From positions 1 to 53,903 of IMG/VR virus record IMGVR_UViG_3300037722_000853: a stretch of 53,903 bases of DNA; one strand, 5' to 3'. The DNA is from a virus. Its lineage: Duplodnaviria; Caudoviricetes. The position numbers and the translations under genes were made by a program. Shown piece after piece: positions 1 through 7,733 of this stretch. The notes beneath the pieces were generated by a model. It had not been told where the DNA came from. It saw only the letters and a list, made by a program, of their open reading frames with translations, and searched no databases. Numbering within the stretch: position 1 is the stretch's first letter; every line of letters begins with the position of its first letter.

Positions 1-236
1 AACATCACCGCCGCGCCCACCATGTTGAGCTCCTTCAGGTACTCGGTGGCCCAGGCCGCCAGCGTGCAGTCGCACTGCCCGCTGGCCTGCATCGCCGCGT
101 GGATCCGTCCGGCCGATTTCACCAGCAGGGCGTTCAGTTCGGCCGTGGCGTCCGCATCGCTGGCCAGGCCGAAGTCGTAATACCACTGCGTCTCAAATTC
201 GGCCGCCGTGGCGTAGGCCGTCCCGTCACAGCTCAT
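1..236 (-). CDS. Head-tail adaptor-like protein, N-terminal part (allele A of 53033-53482)
   Basis: ATG at 236; same protein MSCDGTAYATAAEF... as 53033-53482. Confidence 0.75.
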   Translation of the reverse strand, partial: MSCDGTAYATAAEFETQWYYDFGLASDADATAELNALLVKSAGRIHAAMQASGQCDCTLAAWATEYLKELNMVGAAVM

Positions 237-387
237 AGTTCCTCGCTTGCGCCTCGCAGCGCACCAGGTAACGGCCGTAGCTCATTAATTCCAGCTTGTG
301 ACCAAAACCACTGTCGGGGCAGTGCAGCACCAGGACTAAGCCCAGCTTCGTTAGCACGTGATTGAGACTGGCCAGCGAAACGATCAT
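226..387 (-). CDS. 53-aa hypothetical protein, present only in allele A
   Basis: MIVSLASLNHVLTKLGLVLVLHCPDSGFGHKLELMSYGRYLVRCEAQARNYEL; ATGA overlap with upstream stop; overlaps the next start. Confidence 0.6.
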   Translation of the reverse strand: MIVSLASLNHVLTKLGLVLVLHCPDSGFGHKLELMSYGRYLVRCEAQARNYEL

Positions 388-785
388 TTGTTCAGCAGCT
401 CCTTAGCCCGCTCGCGCACGGCCGCCCGCTCAGCCTCGCCAGCTGCCTGCCCGCCCAGAGCAATCAGCGCCTGGATGGTTTCGGCCGCCTGCACCTGGTC
501 GGCAAAGCTGAGCTCTTTGGGCACGGCCGTCTCCAGCTCCGTTTGCGCGCGAACTTCAGCGACCGCCTCCGGCTCGTCGAGCATAGCGTCGAGTATCTCG
601 GCGTCAGTTGGTGGAGTAGCCTCTCCAACCTTTGCGCCCTCTGCGTCCTTTGCGGTTAACAATTCCGCCAGGTGCGCCTCAACGTCGCTCTTGAGGATAC
701 GGCCGTCGGCCCCGCTGCCCACCACATCGGCCAGGTCAAGTCCGTGTTCGGCCGCCAGTGCAACGGCCGCCTCAGTTGCGTTCAT
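384..785 (-). CDS. E3-binding (peripheral subunit-binding) domain protein, allele A
   Basis: ATEAAVALAAEHGLDLADVVGSGADGRILKSDV fits the PSBD/E3-binding pattern. Confidence 0.8.
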   Translation of the reverse strand: MNATEAAVALAAEHGLDLADVVGSGADGRILKSDVEAHLAELLTAKDAEGAKVGEATPPTDAEILDAMLDEPEAVAEVRAQTELETAVPKELSFADQVQAAETIQALIALGGQAAGEAERAAVRERAKELLNK

Positions 786-796
786 CAGCTCGCTCC

Positions 797-1780
797 TTAC
801 GTGATCAGCTGCACCGCCACACCGCTCAAGTCAGCGCCGGTGATGGCATTCATATTGCCGAAGAGTACACCCCGGTCATTGGCGTCCAACTTGGTCACGT
901 TGTGTAACATGCAATCCTTCAGCAGAATCGCCCGCGGCTCACCCATCGCCGGAATCACAAAGGCGCTGGCCATATCGTTGGCGGTACTGTTGTTGGTGAA
1001 GATGCAGTCGATAAACGTGTTGTCGCGGTCGATGCCCGTGGCGTCGGCAATTTCCACAAAGGCGGCGCCGGTGTTGCCAGCCCGCATTCTGAAGATGCAG
1101 TCGCGGAAAACGTTGCGGTGGGCCTCGCCATCAAACAGCAGCCCCACCATGCCGGTGGCCGCGTCGATGGTGTCCACACCAACGGTGCAGCGCACGAAGG
1201 TGTTTTCCTCCGCGCCGTCCAGCTTCAGGCTGGCCCCGCCATCGATGGCCTGCGTCGCGTGGCCGCCCCCGGCAAAATGCACGTTCTCAAAATAGTTACG
1301 GCCGCCGGTAACGCTCACATTGATGAGGCTGGTGGCGTCGTCTACGCCCTGGAAGATGTAGAAATTCTGGAAGATGCAGCCGCTGGCGCTAATCGTCAGC
1401 AGCGGCGAGGCCCCGGTCAGCGTCGAGAGCTGGAAAATGCGCGCCCGCTGTGCCGTCTCGGTTGGCGCAGCGATGCCGATCAGGTGCGTGTAATTTTTGG
1501 CCCAATCCAGCACCGCCGTCAACGTCAGGCCGCTGCTGCCCGCCACGTAAACTACCGTGTCGTGCTGGTTGGCCGTGCAGGCCGCATAAGCCGCCGCCAG
1601 CGTAGCAAACGGATAATTGGGGTCTTCGCCCTGGTTGTCATCGTCAGCATTGGCATGGCTCGGATTGAGGTAAAAAACCTTACCGGCCGTATTGGTCAGC
1701 TTGGGAAAAACCTGCGTCTCCGGGAAGCCCAACACGCCATTGCTGCCTTCCAGGAAACCAATTGGTAAATAAGGATTCAT
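797..1780 (-). CDS. Right-handed beta-helix (pectin lyase-like) virion protein
   Basis: PFATLAAAY start motif, repeated N.F.NC.F/DCIF rungs; GGAGG RBS before ATG 1780. Confidence 0.7.
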   Translation of the reverse strand: MNPYLPIGFLEGSNGVLGFPETQVFPKLTNTAGKVFYLNPSHANADDDNQGEDPNYPFATLAAAYAACTANQHDTVVYVAGSSGLTLTAVLDWAKNYTHLIGIAAPTETAQRARIFQLSTLTGASPLLTISASGCIFQNFYIFQGVDDATSLINVSVTGGRNYFENVHFAGGGHATQAIDGGASLKLDGAEENTFVRCTVGVDTIDAATGMVGLLFDGEAHRNVFRDCIFRMRAGNTGAAFVEIADATGIDRDNTFIDCIFTNNSTANDMASAFVIPAMGEPRAILLKDCMLHNVTKLDANDRGVLFGNMNAITGADLSGVAVQLIT

Positions 1781-1781
1781 C

Positions 1782-2051
1782 CTACACCTCCTCCCGCTGC
1801 CAGCCCGGATTAGTGGCCACCACCGTGGCGGCCGTGCCGTACGCTTCCAGGAAGGCTTCGGCCCGCTCCAGCTGCGCATAGGGCCAGCTTTGCGGATTGG
1901 CGGCGCGTTCCTTGATGATCGTTTCGGCTTTTTTCACCGTCATGTCCTGGTAGCCCGCCCGCAGCAGCGCCTCCATCTCCGGCGTCTTGGGCTTAATCGG
2001 CTTGATGTGGCTGGTATCCACATTGGCGCTGTTTCTTTTAGTCGTTGCCAT
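1782..2051 (-). CDS. Hypothetical head-region protein
   Basis: AGGAG RBS; in operon after the capsid gene. Confidence 0.7.
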   Translation of the reverse strand: MATTKRNSANVDTSHIKPIKPKTPEMEALLRAGYQDMTVKKAETIIKERAANPQSWPYAQLERAEAFLEAYGTAATVVATNPGWQREEV

Positions 2052-2067
2052 GATTCATTTCTCCTGC

Positions 2068-2129
2068 AAATCAGCCGCCATCAGCGGCAAATCAAAAAAT
2101 CTGCGTCAATCAGCGTTCATCTGCGTCCC
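2068..2129. repeat. Decamer array (ATCWGCGTYM-type), copy 1
   Basis: aatctgcgtc aatcagcgtt catctgcgtccc, intergenic after the capsid gene. Confidence 0.75.
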
Positions 2130-2134
2130 GTTCA

Positions 2135-3223
2135 CTAAGCCGTCGTGCCCGAGCTGTAGTAAATTCCGCGATAATCAGTTACACCCACATAGGTGGCGTC
2201 GTCCCAACCGCCGATAATATCCTCGACAAAATACTCAATGTCGCCGGTCTCGGCCGAACCCATCAAAAACGCGCTGGGTGCGCTGCCGCTGATCATCTCA
2301 ATATTACTGGCCTTCATGTAGGTAAACGGTCCCACCACGCCACGCAGCCGGGCCACGGTAATGGTGGGAATGCTCGACGGGTCGGCCACCAGGTACCAGG
2401 GCACATCAGCACCAGAGGTAGCGATGTACGGGTCCACCTTCACACTGGCCACCCAGTCCTTCAGCACGTTGCTGTTGGGCCCGCCAAATGAGATGATGTC
2501 ATTCAGCACCGTCGCTGCCTGAATCCGCAGAATCGGTGGAATGACCAGATGAACCGTGCGCACGTCGATTTTGTTGCCGTCGGCATCGGTGCGCTGCATC
2601 ATGGCGTTCAGGCCCACGGCCAAATTCGCCACCGTCAAACGGCCGGTCCCGGCAAACAGTGCCCCCAGGGCCACCAGCGCCGCCTGGGTGGTGGCGTTGT
2701 CATACAGGTCAGACACAAACTCGTCCTCAAAGCGACCGGCCGCCAGCGCCATGCGCTGCGGCGTCTCCTGGATTTTGCCCAGGTCGTCGTTAAGGATGGC
2801 TCGCCAGCTCACATCAAACTGGCGGCTGTACTCTTCCACGCCATACTGCACCAGCGACGGTGTGACTTTGGTCGCTTTGGCCTCCGCCTTTTCGCGCCGT
2901 TTGCGCAGCGTGCCCGGCTCGCCCATGCGGAACCGCTTCACGTCGCGGAAATCGGGCACCTCATCCGGCCGGGTGTAGTCGCGCCAGTCGCCCATCTGGT
3001 AGGCATAGTCGCTGTAAAACGCCCGGTCCAGCGCGTCGGCAAAATAGTCGGCAAAATGCGCCGTGGTCATCGCCTCGCTAAACTGACGGCCGTTCATGTC
3101 GCGCCATCTGCGCTGCAACTCGCGCAGCGCCTCGACGCGCCGGTCCAGCTCCGCGCCTTCAATCAAATCGCTGTCCTGTTCACAGAGGGCCAGCTCCTCC
3201 ATCCATCGAATCACTTGATACAT
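2135..3223 (-). CDS. Major capsid protein (HK97 fold, Mu gpT-like)
   Basis: VPDFR, SWRAILNDDLGKI, LVIPP and terminal DYRGIY motifs; strong RBS; position. Confidence 0.88.
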   Translation of the reverse strand: MYQVIRWMEELALCEQDSDLIEGAELDRRVEALRELQRRWRDMNGRQFSEAMTTAHFADYFADALDRAFYSDYAYQMGDWRDYTRPDEVPDFRDVKRFRMGEPGTLRKRREKAEAKATKVTPSLVQYGVEEYSRQFDVSWRAILNDDLGKIQETPQRMALAAGRFEDEFVSDLYDNATTQAALVALGALFAGTGRLTVANLAVGLNAMMQRTDADGNKIDVRTVHLVIPPILRIQAATVLNDIISFGGPNSNVLKDWVASVKVDPYIATSGADVPWYLVADPSSIPTITVARLRGVVGPFTYMKASNIEMISGSAPSAFLMGSAETGDIEYFVEDIIGGWDDATYVGVTDYRGIYYSSGTTA

Positions 3224-3235
3224 TGTTATGTCCTC

Positions 3236-4231
3236 CTAAGCCTTCTGGTAGGTCAGCCAGGCGCCGTATAGGTGCAGCGCGTCGTTTTCGTGCACACCGG
3301 GAACCAGGGCGATATTGATGAATCCGGGGTAAGCGCCGATGTTGGCCGCGGCGATGGTCACAGTGTATTCGGTGATGGTTGTGCCGGTCACGGCCCCCGT
3401 CGCCCCGCCCATCTCCGTATCGCCCAGGCCATCGAAGACCTGCACATCCACGGTCGGGGTGTCAGTGGCACCGGCCATGGCCATCAGCAGATGCACGATG
3501 ATATTCCCGCCGGCATTCAAATCAGGCGGCTTGGGCACTGGCGGGAAGGCCACCTCATCGGTGTCGGCCGCCGTATCCCAGATGACCCGCAGCGCCTTAT
3601 CGGTGGCCGCATTGACGCGGGCCAGGGATGGGTCGCTGTCGCTGGCCAGGATGCCGCCGTGGGCCGCCAGGTTCTGGATGTCGTTGCTGGCAATCTCGCG
3701 CAGGCTGGTAATGTCCAGCGGAATAAAACCAGAGCCGCCGCCGTTGCCGGCCGCCCCTGCTCCCACCTGGCTCACCGCCACCTCCTGCGTACTGGCCGTC
3801 GTTGTGCCCTTGGGGAAGGTATCGCTGTCATGCTCTAACACCGCGTGGCCAAAGAGTGGGTTGGCATCACCGTTTTCATCCAGCGGCGACAAGCTCAAAT
3901 AGGTGTCAGCGGGCATCACGCTGGAGCGGTCATAATAAATCGGCGCGCCTTCAACCACGGCCGCAAACAGACTCTCCGCTCCGGCCGCGTAACCAATGAC
4001 GTTGCGCACAAAATGTTTATAGACCATCGACGGCGTTACGTCGCCGACGATCTTGGTATCGCCACTGACCGAAGTCAGCACCGTGCCGGTCAGCTGCACC
4101 CCGTTCACGCCAGACAACACCGCAAACGGCTGAGTGGCCGTGGGGCTGGTTTCTTCCAGCCGGGTCTTGGTAAATTCCCAGTGACGGACTGCGCCTTCGC
4201 TGGAAACTTCGTAATCCGATCTGACAGTCAT
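3236..4231 (-). CDS. Capsid decoration/cement-like protein with C-terminal extension
   Basis: Between scaffold and capsid genes; GAPIYYD motif. Confidence 0.55.
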   Translation of the reverse strand: MTVRSDYEVSSEGAVRHWEFTKTRLEETSPTATQPFAVLSGVNGVQLTGTVLTSVSGDTKIVGDVTPSMVYKHFVRNVIGYAAGAESLFAAVVEGAPIYYDRSSVMPADTYLSLSPLDENGDANPLFGHAVLEHDSDTFPKGTTTASTQEVAVSQVGAGAAGNGGGSGFIPLDITSLREIASNDIQNLAAHGGILASDSDPSLARVNAATDKALRVIWDTAADTDEVAFPPVPKPPDLNAGGNIIVHLLMAMAGATDTPTVDVQVFDGLGDTEMGGATGAVTGTTITEYTVTIAAANIGAYPGFINIALVPGVHENDALHLYGAWLTYQKA

Positions 4232-4302
4232 GTTGCAAATCTCCTTTCAACGGCTAAGGCCAGTCCCCTGGCCAGCGGCCGTATGACGTACCAATCTCTT
4301 GG

Positions 4303-5658
4303 TTAAGCGGCCGCTTTCTCGCGCCGCGCCGGGGTATTCAAATACTTCGCATTAACGGCCGCTTTCCGCTTATTCACCTCTTCCAGGCCCACCTCCTGCA
4401 CGGCCGCACCGCCGCCGCTGCCAGCAGGCACCTTGCCGCTGCCGGTGATGGCTTTGATGTAGCCAATCTCACTGGTTACGGCCGTTTTCAGCTCGTACTC
4501 ATTCAGCCACGCCTGCTCACGCATCCGGGCTTTGCTGGCGTCTGGCAGGTGGGCGGCATTCAAGATGTCACCCACGGCCGTCTCGCTCAAAGGGGCAGCG
4601 GTCGCCGGGGTTTCGGGACTATCCTCACCTTCCTGCAACACAGCCTCTTCCAGCTCCTGTTCCGCCACAGCCTCCTTGGGCTTCTTTTTCGTTTCAGTCG
4701 GCATATCATCCTCCGCTTCGGCGAGGCGGAGGGCACGCCCACCCGCCCCATGTTGAGTTACCCAATCTACGGCCGCTACCTCAGTAATGGCCGCCACTTT
4801 ACGACCCTTACGGCCGTTTAATTCATAAGTCCCCTCGGCCAGGTTACCTTTGGCCAGGATGCTGCAATGCAGCCCGTCCAGGATGCCCAGCTCGGCCCGG
4901 TTGCGGATGCTCTCGGCAAAGACGGGATCAAAAACACCGACGCGGGCAATGGGCGCGCCGGTCTCAGTGAAGCCGCGCATCTCCAGCACCTGACTCACCT
5001 CCGTGCGCACGGATTTCTCATCCGGCCGGTGATTAGTCGCATACATTTTGGCCCCGACAAATGTCTCGGCGCATTTTTTCAGCATGTCGCGTGGGTAGTA
5101 ATTGTTATCCCGGCTGTTCCCCCACCCCGGTTCAATCACGGCAATGTCAATCTTCAACGCCTTGCCGTTGCCGCCCTCCTCCACCAGCTTGACCACGTTG
5201 CCGGTACCGGCCTCGGCAAGCTCCTGCACGTCGCCAGCTTCGGCCTCGGAGCTTGTCGCAGCGGCTTGCCCCGAGCTTGCCGAGGCGGGTGCAAAAATGT
5301 AGGTATGGATGACCTTCTGCCACTCCTCCTCATCGGCGAAATCAAAGCCGTCGGCCGTTTCCTCGTAGGTCACGGCCCAGCAGTCGCCCTTATGCTCGAC
5401 GATGAGAGCGTTACCCAGCAGCGGATGCTCCAGGAAGATGTCCCTCACCCACATGTAGCCATAAGGCGAATCCTCCATATCGACGATGTCAGATTTCACC
5501 CGGAAACGGGCATCGAAGGCGCGGCGCACCTGGTGCAGGTAATCACCCAGACTGCGGAAAATTTCACTCAGTTGGTTCGCGTTCGCCTGCGTTGGCCCCG
5601 CCAACGCAGCCGTCGGCGAGACGGCCGTTTTCCTGGTCTTTCCGTTCATCTTGCTCAT
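4303..5658 (-). CDS. Prohead protease/scaffold protein
   Basis: IEPGWGNS..NYY, YATNH, SI, VDWVT..GAGG protease motifs; acidic scaffold tail. Confidence 0.8.
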   Translation of the reverse strand: MSKMNGKTRKTAVSPTAALAGPTQANANQLSEIFRSLGDYLHQVRRAFDARFRVKSDIVDMEDSPYGYMWVRDIFLEHPLLGNALIVEHKGDCWAVTYEETADGFDFADEEEWQKVIHTYIFAPASASSGQAAATSSEAEAGDVQELAEAGTGNVVKLVEEGGNGKALKIDIAVIEPGWGNSRDNNYYPRDMLKKCAETFVGAKMYATNHRPDEKSVRTEVSQVLEMRGFTETGAPIARVGVFDPVFAESIRNRAELGILDGLHCSILAKGNLAEGTYELNGRKGRKVAAITEVAAVDWVTQHGAGGRALRLAEAEDDMPTETKKKPKEAVAEQELEEAVLQEGEDSPETPATAAPLSETAVGDILNAAHLPDASKARMREQAWLNEYELKTAVTSEIGYIKAITGSGKVPAGSGGGAAVQEVGLEEVNKRKAAVNAKYLNTPARREKAAA

Positions 5659-5672
5659 GGGCAAAACTCCAT

Positions 5673-5718
5673 AAAAACAAAAAAGGCCAGTGACGATCCC
5701 GAGGATCGTCACTGGCCT
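5673..5718 (-). terminator. Intrinsic terminator directly upstream of the protease gene
   Basis: 16-bp stem AGGCCAGTGACGATCC/GGATCGTCACTGGCCT followed by TTTTTGTTTTT. Confidence 0.85.
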
Positions 5719-5729
5719 GTAGGGCTTCT
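5713..5729 (-). promoter_or_regulatory. AGAAGCCCT-AC-AGGCCA motif, copy 1
   Basis: Overlaps the terminator 5' arm; recurs at 14568-14585 and 50007-50024. Confidence 0.65.
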
Positions 5730-5763
5730 GGGTTAGATTGGTAAAAAGCTTCTTTATGCGGTT

Positions 5764-5860
5764 GTGCCCCGCGACTGACGCCGCGCATTGCGGATGTTAT
5801 CCGCGCTCTTTTCGGCGTCGCGCTCAGTGAGCGCCCACCCTGCCGTCGCTAGTCAGGCAC
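5764..5860 (-). ncRNA. Structured leader RNA (multibranch)
   Basis: GTGCC/GGCAC, GCGAC/GTCGC, GCGCTCA/TGAGCGC, GACGCCG/CGGCGTC and GCGGAT/ATCCGC pairings, starting at the predicted +1. Confidence 0.55.
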
Positions 5861-5866
5861 GCCATT

Positions 5867-5896
5867 AGTCTACAACGGCCGAAATGATTACGTCAA
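5867..5896 (-). promoter_or_regulatory. Sigma70-type promoter for the head operon
   Basis: TTGACG-18 nt-TAGACT. Confidence 0.65.
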
Positions 5897-5919
5897 GTTA
5901 GAAAGATGAGAAAAGCAAA

Positions 5920-6210
5920 TCAGTTCTTATTCAGCAGCTCAAGCTCGAAGTCTCCGCTCATCAACTTCACCTGGTTATTCATGAGTGTGATATTGTGCGC
6001 TTCCAGCCGGGCGATCTCCTCTTTGAGCTTGTCGATCTCAATCTGCACATGATTCCACTGCTTAACGACTCCTGTATTATAGCCCTGTGAATACTTCTTG
6101 CGGGCAAGGCTCTCCACTATCTGCACATCGGTCAACGGCCGGCCGTCTTTGTCGTGAGAATCTGCTCCTAATGCAATCGCTCGTTTGCTGGCTGCGCTTT
6201 GTTCCATCAC
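5920..6210 (-). CDS. Hypothetical protein (coiled coil)
   Basis: Coupled to upstream ORF; heptad C-terminus. Confidence 0.6.
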   Translation of the reverse strand: MMEQSAASKRAIALGADSHDKDGRPLTDVQIVESLARKKYSQGYNTGVVKQWNHVQIEIDKLKEEIARLEAHNITLMNNQVKLMSGDFELELLNKN

Positions 6211-6617
6211 TCGATCCCCGCCTCGGCCAGGATATTAAGCTGATTTTCTATTGGCTCACGAAAAGCCCGCTCGTAAGTCGATGTCCACTTCGGGATGATC
6301 GGATTCGGCCGTTCGGGATTATAGGCAGAATAAATTTTCCAGCCGTGCCGCAGAAAATGACTCGCTCTCATCCTGAGCCAGCCTCCGTCATATTCCTTTT
6401 TGAATTCATTCTGCCAGCGGACGCCGCCGGGCACAATGTCCCCCAACCGCCGCAAGTATTCCCGGTACCAGGCCATATACAACCCGCGCACTTCCTCCAG
6501 CCGCTGTCGCCGCGCCGCCTCACTCAGCCCCAGCGTCTCATCTTGAATATCGGCCGCCAGACTCAAAATGTCTTCAGCCCGCTTCACCAGGCTGCTTGTC
6601 TCTGTTTGGTTCATCAT
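6207..6617 (-). CDS. Hypothetical protein
   Basis: GAGGAG RBS, in operon. Confidence 0.6.
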   Translation of the reverse strand: MMNQTETSSLVKRAEDILSLAADIQDETLGLSEAARRQRLEEVRGLYMAWYREYLRRLGDIVPGGVRWQNEFKKEYDGGWLRMRASHFLRHGWKIYSAYNPERPNPIIPKWTSTYERAFREPIENQLNILAEAGIE

Positions 6618-6861
6618 TTCTCCTCGCCAGCTCGCGGTGCAGCGTAGTCATCAGCTCCAGTAGGTCCACCGGCACGGCCTGCCGGCCGCGATCCACCACC
6701 CTGAAGCGGTGCCGGTCCTTCACCTCCAGGATAATGCGGCCCTCGACGATACGGCCGTGCCCAATGCACAGCCCGTCCACATACACCATATCGCCCTCGC
6801 GCACATCAATCCGGTAATCCATTTGTTCCATAGTTCGCTTTGAAACGGCCGTTTTGTTCAC
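6574..6861 (-). CDS. Hypothetical protein
   Basis: Start/stop overlap with neighbour. Confidence 0.55.
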   Translation of the reverse strand: MNKTAVSKRTMEQMDYRIDVREGDMVYVDGLCIGHGRIVEGRIILEVKDRHRFRVVDRGRQAVPVDLLELMTTLHRELARRNDEPNRDKQPGEAG

Positions 6862-7178
6862 TTCCGAGCAACTATCTTTCGAGCCATGCCCGATTGCTCA
6901 ACAGCAGATCGCGCCAGCAGGATTATATTATCGTGAGCCATCTCAATGACTTCTGGTACGCTCAGACCGAACTCCTGCTCTGTAGTATCAGCATCGCCCT
7001 CGTCGCTGGTGGAATAATTAGCAATCTCCACCAGAGTGGCCAGTAACGGCGTCGCGCTTGCCTCGACCCACCGAACCAACTCGATAGCAAATGAGCCAGA
7101 ATCAACCCTGCACCCAGGCTGGCGTTTCTGGTGGCATACCTCACGCCATTTGTCACGGATTTCCTCCTCGGTTTTCAT
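6858..7178 (-). CDS. Hypothetical protein
   Basis: GAGGAGG RBS, ATGA overlap. Confidence 0.6.
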   Translation of the reverse strand: MKTEEEIRDKWREVCHQKRQPGCRVDSGSFAIELVRWVEASATPLLATLVEIANYSTSDEGDADTTEQEFGLSVPEVIEMAHDNIILLARSAVEQSGMARKIVARK

Positions 7179-7507
7179 TCATCCTCCTCGCACGTTTCAC
7201 ACACCCAGAAACGGCCGTGCCCCTGACACAACTCACAATCCGGCCGCGCCGCCAACCGGCACTCCGGGCACTCAATTTGTTTCACTGGCCCGCCGCAGCC
7301 ATCACACTCCGGCACCGGGGCCTCAATCGTGAAGCTGCCCAGCTGCGCGCCCTGCACCTCCACCAGCTCCGTCAAATAATCCGGATCATATGGAATCTCA
7401 CAGGCCAGCATCCGCTCCAGCTCCGCCATTGCTTTGGTGTAGTCCACATGCAGAGCCTGGGGAATTGGTCGCTTGCCGTTCATATCAGCCACCGCCCACC
7501 TCCGCAT
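7175..7507 (-). CDS. Cys-rich zinc-finger protein
   Basis: Four CxxC motifs (CDGC, CPEC, CELC, CETC). Confidence 0.6.
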   Translation of the reverse strand: MRRWAVADMNGKRPIPQALHVDYTKAMAELERMLACEIPYDPDYLTELVEVQGAQLGSFTIEAPVPECDGCGGPVKQIECPECRLAARPDCELCQGHGRFWVCETCEEDE

Positions 7508-7724
7508 CTGGTTCGTAATAAATCGGCATTATCTCGGCGACAGAAAACGAGGCGATTGCAGACAAACATTCCGGGCAACGGATATAACCAAACCGACTGA
7601 TTGATTCTAGCGGTAAATCTTTTATGCCGATCTCTCTCTGTACACTACACTCCGGGCAATACAGCCGGAGGGTCGTCGGTGGCCGGTTGCGCTTGATTAT
7701 CAATCCGCGTTCATCAGCGTTCAT
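7485..7724 (-). CDS. Small zinc-ribbon protein, Com-like spacing
   Basis: LYCPEC...IRCPEC; start overlaps the portal stop. Confidence 0.55.
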   Translation of the reverse strand: MNADERGLIIKRNRPPTTLRLYCPECSVQREIGIKDLPLESISRFGYIRCPECLSAIASFSVAEIMPIYYEPDAEVGGG

Positions 7725-7733
7725 CAGCGTCCC
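7702..7733. repeat. Decamer array, copy 2
   Basis: aatccgcgtt catcagcgtt catcagcgtccc; supplies the portal stop and the next ATG. Confidence 0.75.

Noticed and set aside
1-847. Diverged duplicate read as a DGR template/variable repeat pair or as true terminal repeats
   Set aside because: No reverse transcriptase ORF; differences checked are synonymous and not adenine-specific; true terminal repeats would be identical
4303-5712. Protease start at 5712 as given in the ORF track
   Set aside because: That extension runs through the terminator; ATG 5658 has a GGAG RBS
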